Shown here one piece after another: positions 29,234 to 39,128 of a stretch of 64,000 nt of DNA. The stretch is taken from contig OZ245002.1 in NCBI GenBank assembly GCA_965223415.1, forward strand, positions 1,024,001 to 1,088,000, in the 5' to 3' direction. The number at the start of each line of letters is the position of its first letter. The stretch's first letter is position 1. A program made the translations under genes and the position numbers. Origin of the DNA: Myxococcota bacterium. GTDB lineage: Bacteria > Myxococcota_A > UBA9160 > UBA6930. A model generated the notes under the pieces. It ran no database searches. It was not told where the DNA came from and saw only the letters and a program-made list of their open reading frames with translations.

Positions 29234-30391
29234 CTAGGTCGAAGCCGCTTCCGCGTCCTGGAACTCCCGACCCAGCCAGCGCACCTTGGGCGTGATGTAG
29301 GCCACCCAGCCGGCCAGGGCGGCGGCGACCGGAAGCGTCGGAAGCCAGGCGAAGGCGGCGATCCAGGCGCCCAGGAAGGCGACGAGCCGGACACCGGCCA
29401 GGGCGACGTGGGCGGTGGACTGGAACCCGCGACCGCTGAGGAACCACCCGTTCGCGACGAGGAGCGATGCGAAGAGGGGCCAGGGGATCCCGGTGGAATC
29501 GAGCGGCGGGTCCGTATCGAGCGGCGCATCCCCTGCGTCCGATGCGCTCCCGAGCGCGCTCTCGACCCGCGACCAGACGTGGGCCGCGGTCGGGCGCTCG
29601 GTCGCGCCACCCATGTTGTCGTGGGTGGGGACGCCCCTCCAGCGGTAGAGCACGCGACCGTCGCCGGCGAGCGCGAGCACGCCGGGCTGGAAGTAGCCCT
29701 TGGGATGTGTCGGCGTGAAGCCGCGACCTTCGCCGACACTCGCCTTCAGGAAGCCGAGGCGGGGGTTGGTGAAGAGGTCGATCCATCCGCGCTCGCGACA
29801 CGCGCCGACGATCTCGTGGTGGGGATCGCCGACGGCCTCGAAGTCCAACCTCCAATCGGTCGCCGCCCGCCCGGCCAGGGCCTGGGGCTCGCTCGAGATC
29901 GCGAAGATCTCGCCCCCTGCCGCGCGCACCGCGTCCGCGACGCCTTCGTCCACATAGCCCCGCAACTCGGAGCGACAGGGCGGTCACCAGTAGCCGCGGT
30001 AGAACACCAGGACGACGAAGGCGTGGCGGGCGAGGACCCCGTCCAACCATCCGCGCCGGGCACCGGGAGGCGGATCGAGCTCGGCGGGCGGCGCCCCCTC
30101 GTCGGCTCGGGGCGGATCCGCCTCGGCCGGGGTGACGTCGAAGCCGTCGCCGGCCCGGGCCACACGGAACGAGCGCTGCTCGCAGCGATCGCCGCCGCAC
30201 AGGATCAAGCGCAGCTCGCGCGGGCCCGCGGCGGCGAGCGCCACCTCCGGGTCCAGGATGCCCGTCACCTCGAAGGCGACGTCTTCCTGGCGGTTGAACC
30301 AGGCGAGCGCGGCCTCGACCTCGCCTCGCAGGGCCTCGGGGATGGTCTCCTGGACGGTGGTGATGGCGGGCTCCCTTCGACCGGCGAGCAT
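29234..30391 (-). CDS. Probable selenoprotein: thioredoxin/peroxiredoxin-like (AhpC/TSA-type) UxxC domain with N-terminal extension and C-terminal TM helices
   Basis: ORFs 29984..30643 and 29234..29965 are in frame; the junction reads VVLVFYRGYW-TGA-PPCRSEL (TGA at 29984-29986). GEIFAISSE, VGDP and QPGVLAL follow as in AhpC-like folds. A hairpin sits just 3' of the UGA. Confidence 0.8.
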
Positions 30392-30452
30392 AGGCCAGCT
30401 CGCCCGGGCCGCTCCCGCCCCGTGGTAGCATGGCGGGATCCGAGGTGAGCCC

Positions 30453-31010
30453 ATGGCAGACCTCAAGATGCGCCCGCGCTTCTCGGTTCCGGTCCACTGC
30501 GACGCGGAGATGGTGGTCGCAGCCCTTCGAGAGCACATCACGGACCCGGAGCCCGGGCTCGAGGGCTCCTTCGGCCCCACCCACTGCGTCCTGCGCATCC
30601 CGGAGGCACGGCGCGCGTTCTGGTCTCCCGAGCTCGACCTCACTTTCGAGCCGCTCGAGAACGAGCGTGGCGATCCCTCGCCGGGCGTTCGTGTGCGCTG
30701 CCTCTTCGCGCCGCGCCCGGCGGTGTGGACGGGCTTCGCCTTCGTCTACTCGGCGCTCGCCGCGATGGGCCTGGCGAGCGGACTGCTGGGCCTGACGCAG
30801 ATGACGCTCGCCCAGCCGCCGTGGGCGCTCGCGATCTCGCTCGCCGTCGCCGTGCTCATCGCGTGCATCTACGGCGCCAGCTTCCTGGGGCAGAGCCTCG
30901 CCGCGCCCCAGATGTACGAGCTGCGCCGCTACCTCGATGGCTGTCTGGCGAGGGCGGAGAAGCGCGCCCAGCTCGTCCCGAAGACGTCCCTGGACAGCGC
31001 CCGGCTCTGA
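30453..31010 (+). CDS. Hypothetical membrane protein
   Basis: MRPRF start, FWSPEL motif, two TM segments. Confidence 0.7.
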   Translation: MADLKMRPRFSVPVHCDAEMVVAALREHITDPEPGLEGSFGPTHCVLRIPEARRAFWSPELDLTFEPLENERGDPSPGVRVRCLFAPRPAVWTGFAFVYSALAAMGLASGLLGLTQMTLAQPPWALAISLAVAVLIACIYGASFLGQSLAAPQMYELRRYLDGCLARAEKRAQLVPKTSLDSARL

Positions 31011-31053
31011 AGGGCCGTGGCCGTACCGCCACCTGCTGGGAGGAGCAATCGAC

Positions 31054-31818
31054 ATGAAGCCCGTCTGCATGGTCCTCGGGGCCGGCGCCGGAATCGGCGG
31101 CACCGTGGGTGCCCGTTTCGCCCGCGAGGGCTACCACGCCGTCCTGTGTCGGCGCAGCGACGAGGAGGGTCTCCGCAAGCTGGTCGAGGGCATCGAGGGT
31201 GAGGGCGGCTCCGCCTCCGGCTACCTGCTGAACGCCGCCCTGCCCGAGACCATCGAGGAACGGGTGGCCGCGGTGGAGACGGAGATCGGTCCGATCGAGG
31301 TGCTGCTGTTCAACCTCGGCGCCCAGATCGGCGACCGCACACTCGCCGACACCTCCTACAAGGCATTCGAGATGGGCTGGCGGCTCGCCACCTTCGGGCT
31401 CTTCCGCGCCGCCTCGGCGGTCTGCCCGCGCATGGCCGAGCGGGGCCGGGGGACGATCCTGGTGACGTCCGCGACCGCCGCGGTCCGCGGCAACGCCGGC
31501 CAGCACTCCCACGCGGCCGCCATGGGCGGTCGACGCATGCTCTGCCAGACCCTGAACGCGGAGTTCGCGCCCAAGGGCATCCACGTCGCCCACATCCTGA
31601 TCGACGGCGCGGTCGACGCCCCGGACACGCTGGGCAAGATGCTGGGTCCCGAGCGTTTCCAGGAGCTCCGGGAAGCGCGCGGCCTGGAGCAGGATGGGCT
31701 GCTGCTCCCCGGCAAGATCGCCGAGACCTACCTCCACCTGGCGCAGCAGCATCGATCCGCCTGGACCCACGAGATCGACCTGCGGGCGTTCTCGGACCGG
31801 CCCTGGTGGAACCACTGA
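31054..31818 (+). CDS. Short-chain dehydrogenase/reductase
   Basis: GAGAGIG Rossmann motif, GIHVAHILIDG, WTHEIDLR; AGGAG RBS. Confidence 0.9.
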   Translation: MKPVCMVLGAGAGIGGTVGARFAREGYHAVLCRRSDEEGLRKLVEGIEGEGGSASGYLLNAALPETIEERVAAVETEIGPIEVLLFNLGAQIGDRTLADTSYKAFEMGWRLATFGLFRAASAVCPRMAERGRGTILVTSATAAVRGNAGQHSHAAAMGGRRMLCQTLNAEFAPKGIHVAHILIDGAVDAPDTLGKMLGPERFQELREARGLEQDGLLLPGKIAETYLHLAQQHRSAWTHEIDLRAFSDRPWWNH

Positions 31819-31843
31819 GAGGACGGCCCCTGGGAGCTCGGCC

Positions 31844-32818
31844 CTAGTCGTCCATGGTCAGGACGACGGCTCCCTTGCGGCGCCCGCTGTCCACGTAGGC
31901 GTGGGCTTCGGCGGCCTTCTCCAGCGGGAACTGTCGATCGATGGCGGCGCGGATCTCGCCCGCTTCGGCGAGCTCCTTGAGGATGGCCAGGTCCTGCGGC
32001 TTGGAGCTGGCGAACTGGGTCAGCACCCTCTTGTCGCTCGTCCAGTTGGTCCAGCGCGCCCGCAGCAGCGACGCGAACAGGGGGTTCGCGAGGATGTAGC
32101 GGCCCCCCGGATCCAGCACCGCGACCGCGCCGGAGTAGGAGGCCTTCTGGACCAGGTCGAAGATCACGTCGTAGGTCTTGCCGGCCCGCGTGAAGTCGGT
32201 CCTGGCGTAGTCGATCACGTGATCCGCGCCGAGCTCCCGCAGCACGTCGAGCTTCTCGCCGCTGTCGACGGCCGTCACCTCGGCTCCGTAGTGCTTGGCG
32301 ATCTGTACGGCCATCACGCCGATGTTGCCGGCGGCGCCGTTGACCAGGACGCGCTCGCCGGCCCGGACCTCGGCCAGGCGCAGGAAGTGGAGCGCGTTGT
32401 CGCCTCCGGTCGGGATGCTGGCCGCTTCCGCGTAGCCGAGGTTCCGGGGCATGTGCGTGACGGCGCGCCGGCTCGAGAGACAGGCGTACTCGGCGTGGGC
32501 ACCGAAGCCGAAACCGACCGATGCGAAGACCCGATCGCCCGGCTGGAGGCGCGTCACGTCCTTGCCGACCGCCTCGACGTCCCCGGCCAGCTCCTGGCCG
32601 AGTACGGGCCAGCGCGGCTTGCGGAGGCCCATGGCCAGCCGCAACGGCAGCCAGAACCAGAGTGGGAACGAGAAGCTGCGCGCCTCGCAGTCCCAGGTTC
32701 CGACGGTCGACGCCCGAACCCGCACCAGGACCTGATGGTCCCTGGGCACGGGCTTCTCGACGTCCTCGATCCGGATCACGTCCGGGGATCCGTACTCGTG
32801 GTAGACGGCGGCTCGCAT
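31844..32818 (-). CDS. NAD(P)-dependent medium-chain (quinone oxidoreductase-like) dehydrogenase
   Basis: YGSPDV, GQELAGDVEAVG, NGAAGNIG, GADHVIDY. Confidence 0.9.
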   Translation of the reverse strand: MRAAVYHEYGSPDVIRIEDVEKPVPRDHQVLVRVRASTVGTWDCEARSFSFPLWFWLPLRLAMGLRKPRWPVLGQELAGDVEAVGKDVTRLQPGDRVFASVGFGFGAHAEYACLSSRRAVTHMPRNLGYAEAASIPTGGDNALHFLRLAEVRAGERVLVNGAAGNIGVMAVQIAKHYGAEVTAVDSGEKLDVLRELGADHVIDYARTDFTRAGKTYDVIFDLVQKASYSGAVAVLDPGGRYILANPLFASLLRARWTNWTSDKRVLTQFASSKPQDLAILKELAEAGEIRAAIDRQFPLEKAAEAHAYVDSGRRKGAVVLTMDD

Positions 32819-32957
32819 CGCGACCTCCCGCTCGGATTTCGAGGTGGAACCCGTCCCGGGCGAGCCCATATTGACACGAAGTCGACCCCGCCTCGGGGGA
32901 GGGCCTCGCGAACCCGGCCCTCGCCCGTGAGACGGGAGACTGGGCCCTTCCCCGGAC

Positions 32958-34379
32958 TCAGGAGGACTCCGCAGGCGTGGTGCCCCGAAGCCCGGGCCCC
33001 TCCCGTCCCGAGGCGCCGATCCAGAGGCCGGTCAGGGTCGAGGCGGCCGCGAGGGCTGCGCCGAGGCCGAAGGCCAGGCCGAACACCGCCGGCTCGGCCA
33101 CACCGCCGTACACGATGGTGAGGGCCGCGATGCCGAAGGACGCGCCTCCCTGGCCGGCGAGTCGATTGGCAGCGGAGGCCACGCCCAGCTCGCTCTCCTC
33201 CACCGAGCGCGCGACGGCGGACGTGATCGAGGGCTGGCTCAGGCCGTGCCCCACGCCCTGCCCCACGAGCCCGATGCCGAAGACGAGAAGATCCGATGTG
33301 TAGGCCCCCCACGCGATCCCGAGGAGCGCCGCCGTCATCACCGCGCCGCCGAAGACGGACGCGGCCCGCTCGCCGAAGCGCTCGCCCATGGAGCCGCCGA
33401 AGGGCGAGGCCATCGTGAGCGACGCCGTGCGCAGCACCATCAGCAGGGAAGCCTGCGTGACCGAGAAGTCGAAGGACTCGTAGAGGAGCAGCGGCGCGAT
33501 CACGAAGGCGCCCATGTAGGCCGCGGAGTTGAAGGCATTCGTCACGAGGGTGGCCGAGAAGCTGCGATCCCGGAACAGCGCGAGCGGCAGCAGTGGGTCG
33601 GGCACCCGCTCCTCGATGCGCGCGAACGCCACCACGCCGAGCGCGCCGACCAAGGCCGCCGTGGGGATCCAGGGCGAGGTGAGGCCGAGCTCGCGCACGC
33701 CTCCGAGCGCCACCATGAAGCCGCCGACTCCCACTGCCAGGGCGAGGGCACCAAGGACGTCGAAGCGCACGCGCAGGGGGCGCGTCTCCCGGAGCACGGC
33801 GTAGGCGACGGCCAGGGCCGCGGCGCTCATCCCCGCCTGGAGCAGGAAGACGAAGCGCCAGCCCAGCCAGTCGACGAGGGGGCCGCCGAGCACGAGCCCC
33901 AGCGCCGGCGCGCCGGCGCCGACCATCGACCACCAGCCCATCGCGCGCACGCGACCGCCCTCGGGGTTGACGGCGAAGAGCAGGGCCATCGAGGTCGGCT
34001 GCGTCGCACCGCCGAGGATGGCCGCGACGGTGCGCAGGCCGATCAGGGAGAAGGCATCCCAGGCGAAGGCCGTGAGCCCGGCGACGACGGTGGCTCCGGC
34101 GAAGCCCCACAGGAAGACGCGGCGGTGGCCATGGAGATCGCCTAGCTTGCCGACCAGCGGAAAGGTCACTGCCGAGAGCAGCATCGGCGCCGTCACCACC
34201 CACGAGAGGGTGGTCTCCCTGCTGCCGAACTCCTCGGCGATCGGGCCGAGGCTGACCGCCAGGATGGTGAACGGGAAGGAGGTGGAGAACATCCCCGCCA
34301 GCACGGCGAAGAGCACCCAGCTCGGGTAGCGGCCCGACGCGTCGAGGCGCGCGAGCCAGGCGTGGCGCCACTCGTTCAC
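32958..34379 (-). CDS. MFS transporter (DHA2-like)
   Basis: GKLGDLHGHRR motif A, LGWRFVF, DPLLPLALF; many TM segments. Confidence 0.9.
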   Translation of the reverse strand: MNEWRHAWLARLDASGRYPSWVLFAVLAGMFSTSFPFTILAVSLGPIAEEFGSRETTLSWVVTAPMLLSAVTFPLVGKLGDLHGHRRVFLWGFAGATVVAGLTAFAWDAFSLIGLRTVAAILGGATQPTSMALLFAVNPEGGRVRAMGWWSMVGAGAPALGLVLGGPLVDWLGWRFVFLLQAGMSAAALAVAYAVLRETRPLRVRFDVLGALALAVGVGGFMVALGGVRELGLTSPWIPTAALVGALGVVAFARIEERVPDPLLPLALFRDRSFSATLVTNAFNSAAYMGAFVIAPLLLYESFDFSVTQASLLMVLRTASLTMASPFGGSMGERFGERAASVFGGAVMTAALLGIAWGAYTSDLLVFGIGLVGQGVGHGLSQPSITSAVARSVEESELGVASAANRLAGQGGASFGIAALTIVYGGVAEPAVFGLAFGLGAALAAASTLTGLWIGASGREGPGLRGTTPAESS

Positions 34380-34394
34380 GGGCGTTGGCGCGGC

Positions 34395-34528
34395 TCAGCC
34401 ATGCCAATGGCCCTCGTCCACCAGGATCCGGTGCTCCTCGGCTGGGGCCTCGCGGCGAACTCGCGAATGGCGCCCAGATCGTCGCGCAGCTCGCGGACGG
34501 GCAGGGACGCGCCGATCCGCATCGTCAT
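34395..34528 (-). pseudogene. Internally deleted remnant resembling an LLM-class (luciferase-like) oxidoreductase
   Basis: Starts MTMRIGASLPVRELRDDLGAIREFA, then jumps to a plausible C-terminus AEEHRILVDEGHWHG* in another frame. Confidence 0.45.
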
Positions 34529-34588
34529 GCGCGGGGGTCCTCACGGCTCTCGGGTCTTGGGTTGCAGGGAGTCGTGATAGCGAATCGG

Positions 34589-35215
34589 CTACAGGCAAGC
34601 CGCCGCGTGGTGCCGCCAGGCCGCAACGAGCCAGTCCGCCGCCCGCTCTTCCATCTTGGGGCTGCGGCGCTCCGCCACCGGCGTCTCGACGAGGATCGCC
34701 GTGAGCGGGTGCACGCCTCCCACTGCCTGCTGCAGCGAGCTCGTGATCGCGCGCACGAACGGGTAGCGCACCGGCTCGTTCGCGTAGATGAACAGGTAGG
34801 CGGCCATCCGGGGAGGCGCCTGGGCGCCGTCCCGCACCACGTGGATCGGAAGCGTGACGTCGCCCACCGTCCGGAGCACGATCTCCTTCTCTTCGGGCTC
34901 CATCTCGTGCTTCATGAGCTTCGCCGGGTTCGAGTACAGGCCCGGGGCATCGAAGGAGCGGACGTACTGGAACTCCAACGCGCGGTGCGGTCCCAACGGC
35001 ACCCGCCCCTCGCTCCACTGGACGACGTCGCCGCCGAGCCGTTCGAGTCGCAGGCCGCGCGCCTCGGTCCCCGCGATGTCGCCGGTGTCGAGGAGCGCCG
35101 CCGGATCGCGACAGGTCTCCGCGCGCCGTGGCTCGAGCTCGTTCCATCCGATCGGGAGCAGCGCAGCCGCGAGGATCGCGAGCAGCGCCAGCCCATGGTT
35201 GCCGGAGATCGTCAC
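34589..35215 (-). CDS. Exosortase-associated EpsI-like protein
   Basis: GTG start overlaps the exosortase stop; N-terminal anchor then soluble domain with AAYLFIY; gene position typical of EpsI. Confidence 0.65.
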   Translation of the reverse strand: MTISGNHGLALLAILAAALLPIGWNELEPRRAETCRDPAALLDTGDIAGTEARGLRLERLGGDVVQWSEGRVPLGPHRALEFQYVRSFDAPGLYSNPAKLMKHEMEPEEKEIVLRTVGDVTLPIHVVRDGAQAPPRMAAYLFIYANEPVRYPFVRAITSSLQQAVGGVHPLTAILVETPVAERRSPKMEERAADWLVAAWRHHAAACL

Positions 35216-36288
35216 GAGGGCTCGCCTCCCGGCTCGGCGACCGTCGTGCGGTGTCGGCCCCGCACGAGGCTGGACAGGCCGAACTGGCTGACGAGCACCA
35301 GCGCGAAAGTGGCGACGCCCGACCCGACGTGGAGCGGGCTGTCCACCACCCAGTTGCCCCACCAGACGGTCAGCAGCACCAGGACCGTGACCCGCAGGAC
35401 GTTGGCGGCGATGGCCAGCGGAATGGACGCCGCCAGCAGGATGAGCCGTTCGCGATGGCTTCCCGCATAGGCCGACAGGACCATCGCGACGGCGACCGAC
35501 GCGTAGGCGGTGGCGAAGCCGCTGCAGGCGTTCGCCACCACGAACACGTTCTCGGGCATGTGGAGCACTGTCAGGTCCAGGTGCACCGGATACCCGAAGA
35601 AGCGGATGATCGGCTCGACACCCTGGGCTGTGATGGTCCGGAGCGCCAGGTCGCTCGCGAACGTTCGCGGCACGGGGATCATGAGCAGCGACACCACGAA
35701 GGGAACGGCGAGGGTGCGGGTTCGCCGGGTCCCGAGGGTGACCATGCTCAAGCCGGGCAGGAGCACGAAGAGGCCGAGGAGCGAGAGATATCGGGTCCCC
35801 ACCGCCGAGTCGATGACGGCGAGGGCGAGCCCCGCGACCACCAGCACGAGCCCCTTCGCCGAGCTCTCCTCTCGCTCCGGGTGCGGATCCTTCTGGAGGG
35901 CCTGCCAGGCGAGGTACGCGGCGATCGGCGGGACGAAGATCCCGTGTTCATTGCTCCAGAGGCTTCCGGTCCAGTTCTGATACAGCCACGGGAAGATCGG
36001 CACGAAGACCGCGACCGTGCCGAGCAGCGCGAGCACGATCGTGAGCGGCAGCCGGCTCACGTCCGCCTGGACTTCCGCTGCGGGCCCCGGTTCCTGGGAT
36101 CGCCGCCACACGAAGTAGGCCGCGGCCGCGGCGACCCCGATCACCAGCGAGGGCAGCAGGTGGGTCGAGGTCAGCGGGCTCGCGCCGAGAGCGCCGCCGA
36201 TGACGGCAGCGACGACGAGGTCCTGGATCGTTCGGCGGTTCACGGCGTCGACGCCGTGCCTCCTGGTTGCTTCGGGCGGGCCGGTCAT
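35212..36288 (-). CDS. Exosortase (EpsH family)
   Basis: EHGIFVP, catalytic VANACSG, AANVLRV and PLHVGSG (Cys-Arg-His); multi-TM. Confidence 0.92.
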   Translation of the reverse strand: MTGPPEATRRHGVDAVNRRTIQDLVVAAVIGGALGASPLTSTHLLPSLVIGVAAAAAYFVWRRSQEPGPAAEVQADVSRLPLTIVLALLGTVAVFVPIFPWLYQNWTGSLWSNEHGIFVPPIAAYLAWQALQKDPHPEREESSAKGLVLVVAGLALAVIDSAVGTRYLSLLGLFVLLPGLSMVTLGTRRTRTLAVPFVVSLLMIPVPRTFASDLALRTITAQGVEPIIRFFGYPVHLDLTVLHMPENVFVVANACSGFATAYASVAVAMVLSAYAGSHRERLILLAASIPLAIAANVLRVTVLVLLTVWWGNWVVDSPLHVGSGVATFALVLVSQFGLSSLVRGRHRTTVAEPGGEPS

Positions 36289-36421
36289 CGGCTCTCCACG
36301 TACCATCGGGCATTCCCGATACGACATTGAGGCCCGGCGGGTTTCCGCGGCAGCCCTCGATGATCGCCCGGCCCGGGAACCTCCACAACCGAGCCGGGCG
36401 AGCACAGCGCGAGCGCCGCCC

Positions 36422-37651
36422 TCACGGCTCCCCCCTGGCCCGCTCGGCCGCGCCCCAGAGCTCGAAGCGCTCTTCCAGCGGCGAGAACGAACGGAACAGC
36501 CACAGGGATGCGAGCAGCGCGTGGTTGTACTTCTCCCAGGCCTCGAAGGAGACCATCATCATGAGCGCGCAGGCCAGCAGCAGCCACGAGATGACGTCGA
36601 TGCGGGCGAAGCGCATGAGGGCCAGCCAGGCCAGGACCGAGGCGCCCACCAGGCGGATCGCGTCTCGCAGCGTTTCGCCGAGCGGGCTCAGGAGAAAGAC
36701 CGCCGCTCGGTTGATCGGACCCATCTCGCGGCTCGGGTCGAAGGGCGACAGCAGGAGGTAGGCGACGAGGGTGCCCGCCAAGGCCAGGAGCGCCCGGCGC
36801 GACTGCAGCGCCTGCAGGAAGTGCCAGCGCCGAAAGAGCAGGGTCTCGAAGACCACGAAGTAGGTGCCGATCGTCGTCGCGAAGTAGAGGGCATAGCCGG
36901 GCTTCAGGTTCGCGATCGCGTTGTTGTGCCGGGGCCATTCCTGCGTCCCGGCCTGCGGGCCCAGCCCGCCGAAGAACAGGAACCAGCCGCCGAGGGACGC
37001 GACGGAGAGCGCGACCGGCAACAGCCGTCGCCAGGGCCAGGCGCGAGCGCGCTGCACCAACAGCGGCGTCACCTCCGCCGCCAACAACGCGGCCGGGTAG
37101 GCGACCATGTACTGACGGGTCGCGATGCCCGCCGCGAAGGCCAGGGCGGCCCAGCCGGGCCGCCGATGGGCGTAGAGCCAGGAGCCCAGCATCACCGCGA
37201 GCGTCGCCGGCATGTCCGTGTACACGTGGATGGACAGCGGCAGGTAGTAGGGGAACAGCAGGAGGCCCACGACACAGAGCAGAGGCGCGCGTGATCCGCC
37301 GCGCCAGCGCAGGCCGACCAGGCCCAGGCCCGCCGCCGAGCAGGCGAGCGTGACGAGGCGGGCGCCGGCGACCCCCAGACCGAACCAGCGCTCGAAGACG
37401 CCCCAGAGCAGGAACGACAGGGGCGTCATCGGCTCCTTGTAGTTCTGGAGCTCCACGAGGCCGGGGGGCCAGCGCTCGACGAACCAGACCGTCTGCTCCC
37501 AGAAGTAGACCTCGTCCTTGTGCATCGCGAAGTCGAGCCCGCCCTGGAACGCGACGGTTCCACCGAGAGCGAGCAGGACCAGCCCGAGCAGGAGCCAGGC
37601 GTCCACCCGAATCGCGTCGGGCTCTGCAACCGCCGCCGAATCGCCGCTCAT
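36422..37651 (-). CDS. Multi-pass membrane protein, GT-C glycosyltransferase-like
   Basis: KDEVYFW acidic motif after TM1, YTDMPA, ATRQY; about 11 TM segments. Confidence 0.6.
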   Translation of the reverse strand: MSGDSAAVAEPDAIRVDAWLLLGLVLLALGGTVAFQGGLDFAMHKDEVYFWEQTVWFVERWPPGLVELQNYKEPMTPLSFLLWGVFERWFGLGVAGARLVTLACSAAGLGLVGLRWRGGSRAPLLCVVGLLLFPYYLPLSIHVYTDMPATLAVMLGSWLYAHRRPGWAALAFAAGIATRQYMVAYPAALLAAEVTPLLVQRARAWPWRRLLPVALSVASLGGWFLFFGGLGPQAGTQEWPRHNNAIANLKPGYALYFATTIGTYFVVFETLLFRRWHFLQALQSRRALLALAGTLVAYLLLSPFDPSREMGPINRAAVFLLSPLGETLRDAIRLVGASVLAWLALMRFARIDVISWLLLACALMMMVSFEAWEKYNHALLASLWLFRSFSPLEERFELWGAAERARGEP

Positions 37652-37734
37652 GCTTCTTCGCCGATCCCGCGCGCTTGGTTGCTCCAGCCTCCCCCGTTCG
37701 CTTTCCTGTCGGTCGTTCCAGGAAGGGAGACGTG

Positions 37735-39114
37735 GTGAGCCCGACGACGAAGCGGCTGGGATGGCCGCCTGCTGGGGACCTGGCGGAGGGCCGCGTCGCC
37801 GACCTCTACAGCGATCACCATCTGGGCGGCCTCACGCGCGTCGCGAGCCTGCTCGGCGCCAACGTGGAGGTAATCGGCGTCGACGGCCCGTGGCTGCTGC
37901 GCACCGACGGCTCCCGCCTGCTCGACTGCAACGCGAGCAACGGCGCCATCGCCTTCGGGCACGACCATCCCTCGATTCGCGCTGCGGCGCACCAGGCCGT
38001 CGACGAGTCGAGCCTCGGCTTCCCGGGCCTGCTTCCCTCGCCCGGTGTGGCAACGCTCTGTCACGACCTCGTCGCGATCGCGCCTCCCGGCCTCCAGCGC
38101 GCCGTGCTCTACAACACCGGCGCCGAGGCAATCGAGGGCGCCCTCGTGCTGTCCGCCCTCGCGCGTCCCGGCCGGCCCGTCTACGTGGGCTTCGAGGGGG
38201 GCTTCCACGGTAAGAGCGCCGCGGCACGGGCGGTCGGGGGCATTCCGAACGAGCGCCAGGGTTTCCCGCTCTGGGCCCAGGTGAAGACCCTCCCCTACGG
38301 CGATCTCGACGCCGCGACGAGCTTCCTCGAGAGAGAGGGGAAGCGCGTGGCGGCGGTGGTCGTCGAGCCGATCCAGTCCAACGCGGGCGTGCGGATCGCT
38401 CCGGACGGCTTCCTGCCCGGACTGCGCGAGGTGTGTCGCCAGACCGGCGCGCTGCTCGTGATCGACGAGGTCTCGACGGGCTTCGGCCGCACGGGCGCCA
38501 TGTTCGCCTGCGAGCGGGAATCGGTCACACCGGACCTTCTGTGCGTGGCCAAGGCCCTGAGCGGCGGACTGGTGCCGATCGGTGCGGTGCTGGTCGACGA
38601 GGGCCTCGCCAAGGTGATGGCCAACCCCACGGTCGCCTCGCACTTCTCGACCACCTTCGCCGGCGGACGGCTCGCGACCCGGGTCGCCCTCGAGGTGATC
38701 CGCCTGCTGGTCGAGGAGTCGCTCCCGGAGCGGGCGGCGCGCCTGGGCCAGCAGCTCGAGCAGGGGCTCCTGGAGCTGAAGCAGCGCCATCCGCGTCTGC
38801 TCGTCGACGTGCGCGGGCGCGGGCTGCTGTGGGGCCTGGAGCTGGCCGACCCGGCGACCCTCACCGGCAAGCTGCTCCCTCGAGGGCTGGCGGACTTCGT
38901 CACGACCAAGGTGGGCGGAAGCGTGGCCCTCGCGTTCCAGCGCTACCTGGCCCAGCACCAGGGCGTCCTGGTCGCGCCGACCGCCGCCGACCGCCGGGTC
39001 GTGCGCGTCTTCCCGCCGCTCACCGCCGAGCCCGAAGCGATCGATGCGCTCCTCGCGGGCCTCGACGGGGCGTTGCGGGCCGGACTCCCGGCCTGGGTGA
39101 AGAACCTGGCCTGA
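37735..39114 (+). CDS. Class III PLP aminotransferase
   Basis: TGAEAIEGA, FHGKS, VVEPIQSNAG, DEVSTGFGRTG, AKALSGG. Confidence 0.92.
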   Translation: MSPTTKRLGWPPAGDLAEGRVADLYSDHHLGGLTRVASLLGANVEVIGVDGPWLLRTDGSRLLDCNASNGAIAFGHDHPSIRAAAHQAVDESSLGFPGLLPSPGVATLCHDLVAIAPPGLQRAVLYNTGAEAIEGALVLSALARPGRPVYVGFEGGFHGKSAAARAVGGIPNERQGFPLWAQVKTLPYGDLDAATSFLEREGKRVAAVVVEPIQSNAGVRIAPDGFLPGLREVCRQTGALLVIDEVSTGFGRTGAMFACERESVTPDLLCVAKALSGGLVPIGAVLVDEGLAKVMANPTVASHFSTTFAGGRLATRVALEVIRLLVEESLPERAARLGQQLEQGLLELKQRHPRLLVDVRGRGLLWGLELADPATLTGKLLPRGLADFVTTKVGGSVALAFQRYLAQHQGVLVAPTAADRRVVRVFPPLTAEPEAIDALLAGLDGALRAGLPAWVKNLA

Positions 39115-39128
39115 CGGCACGGTGCGTC

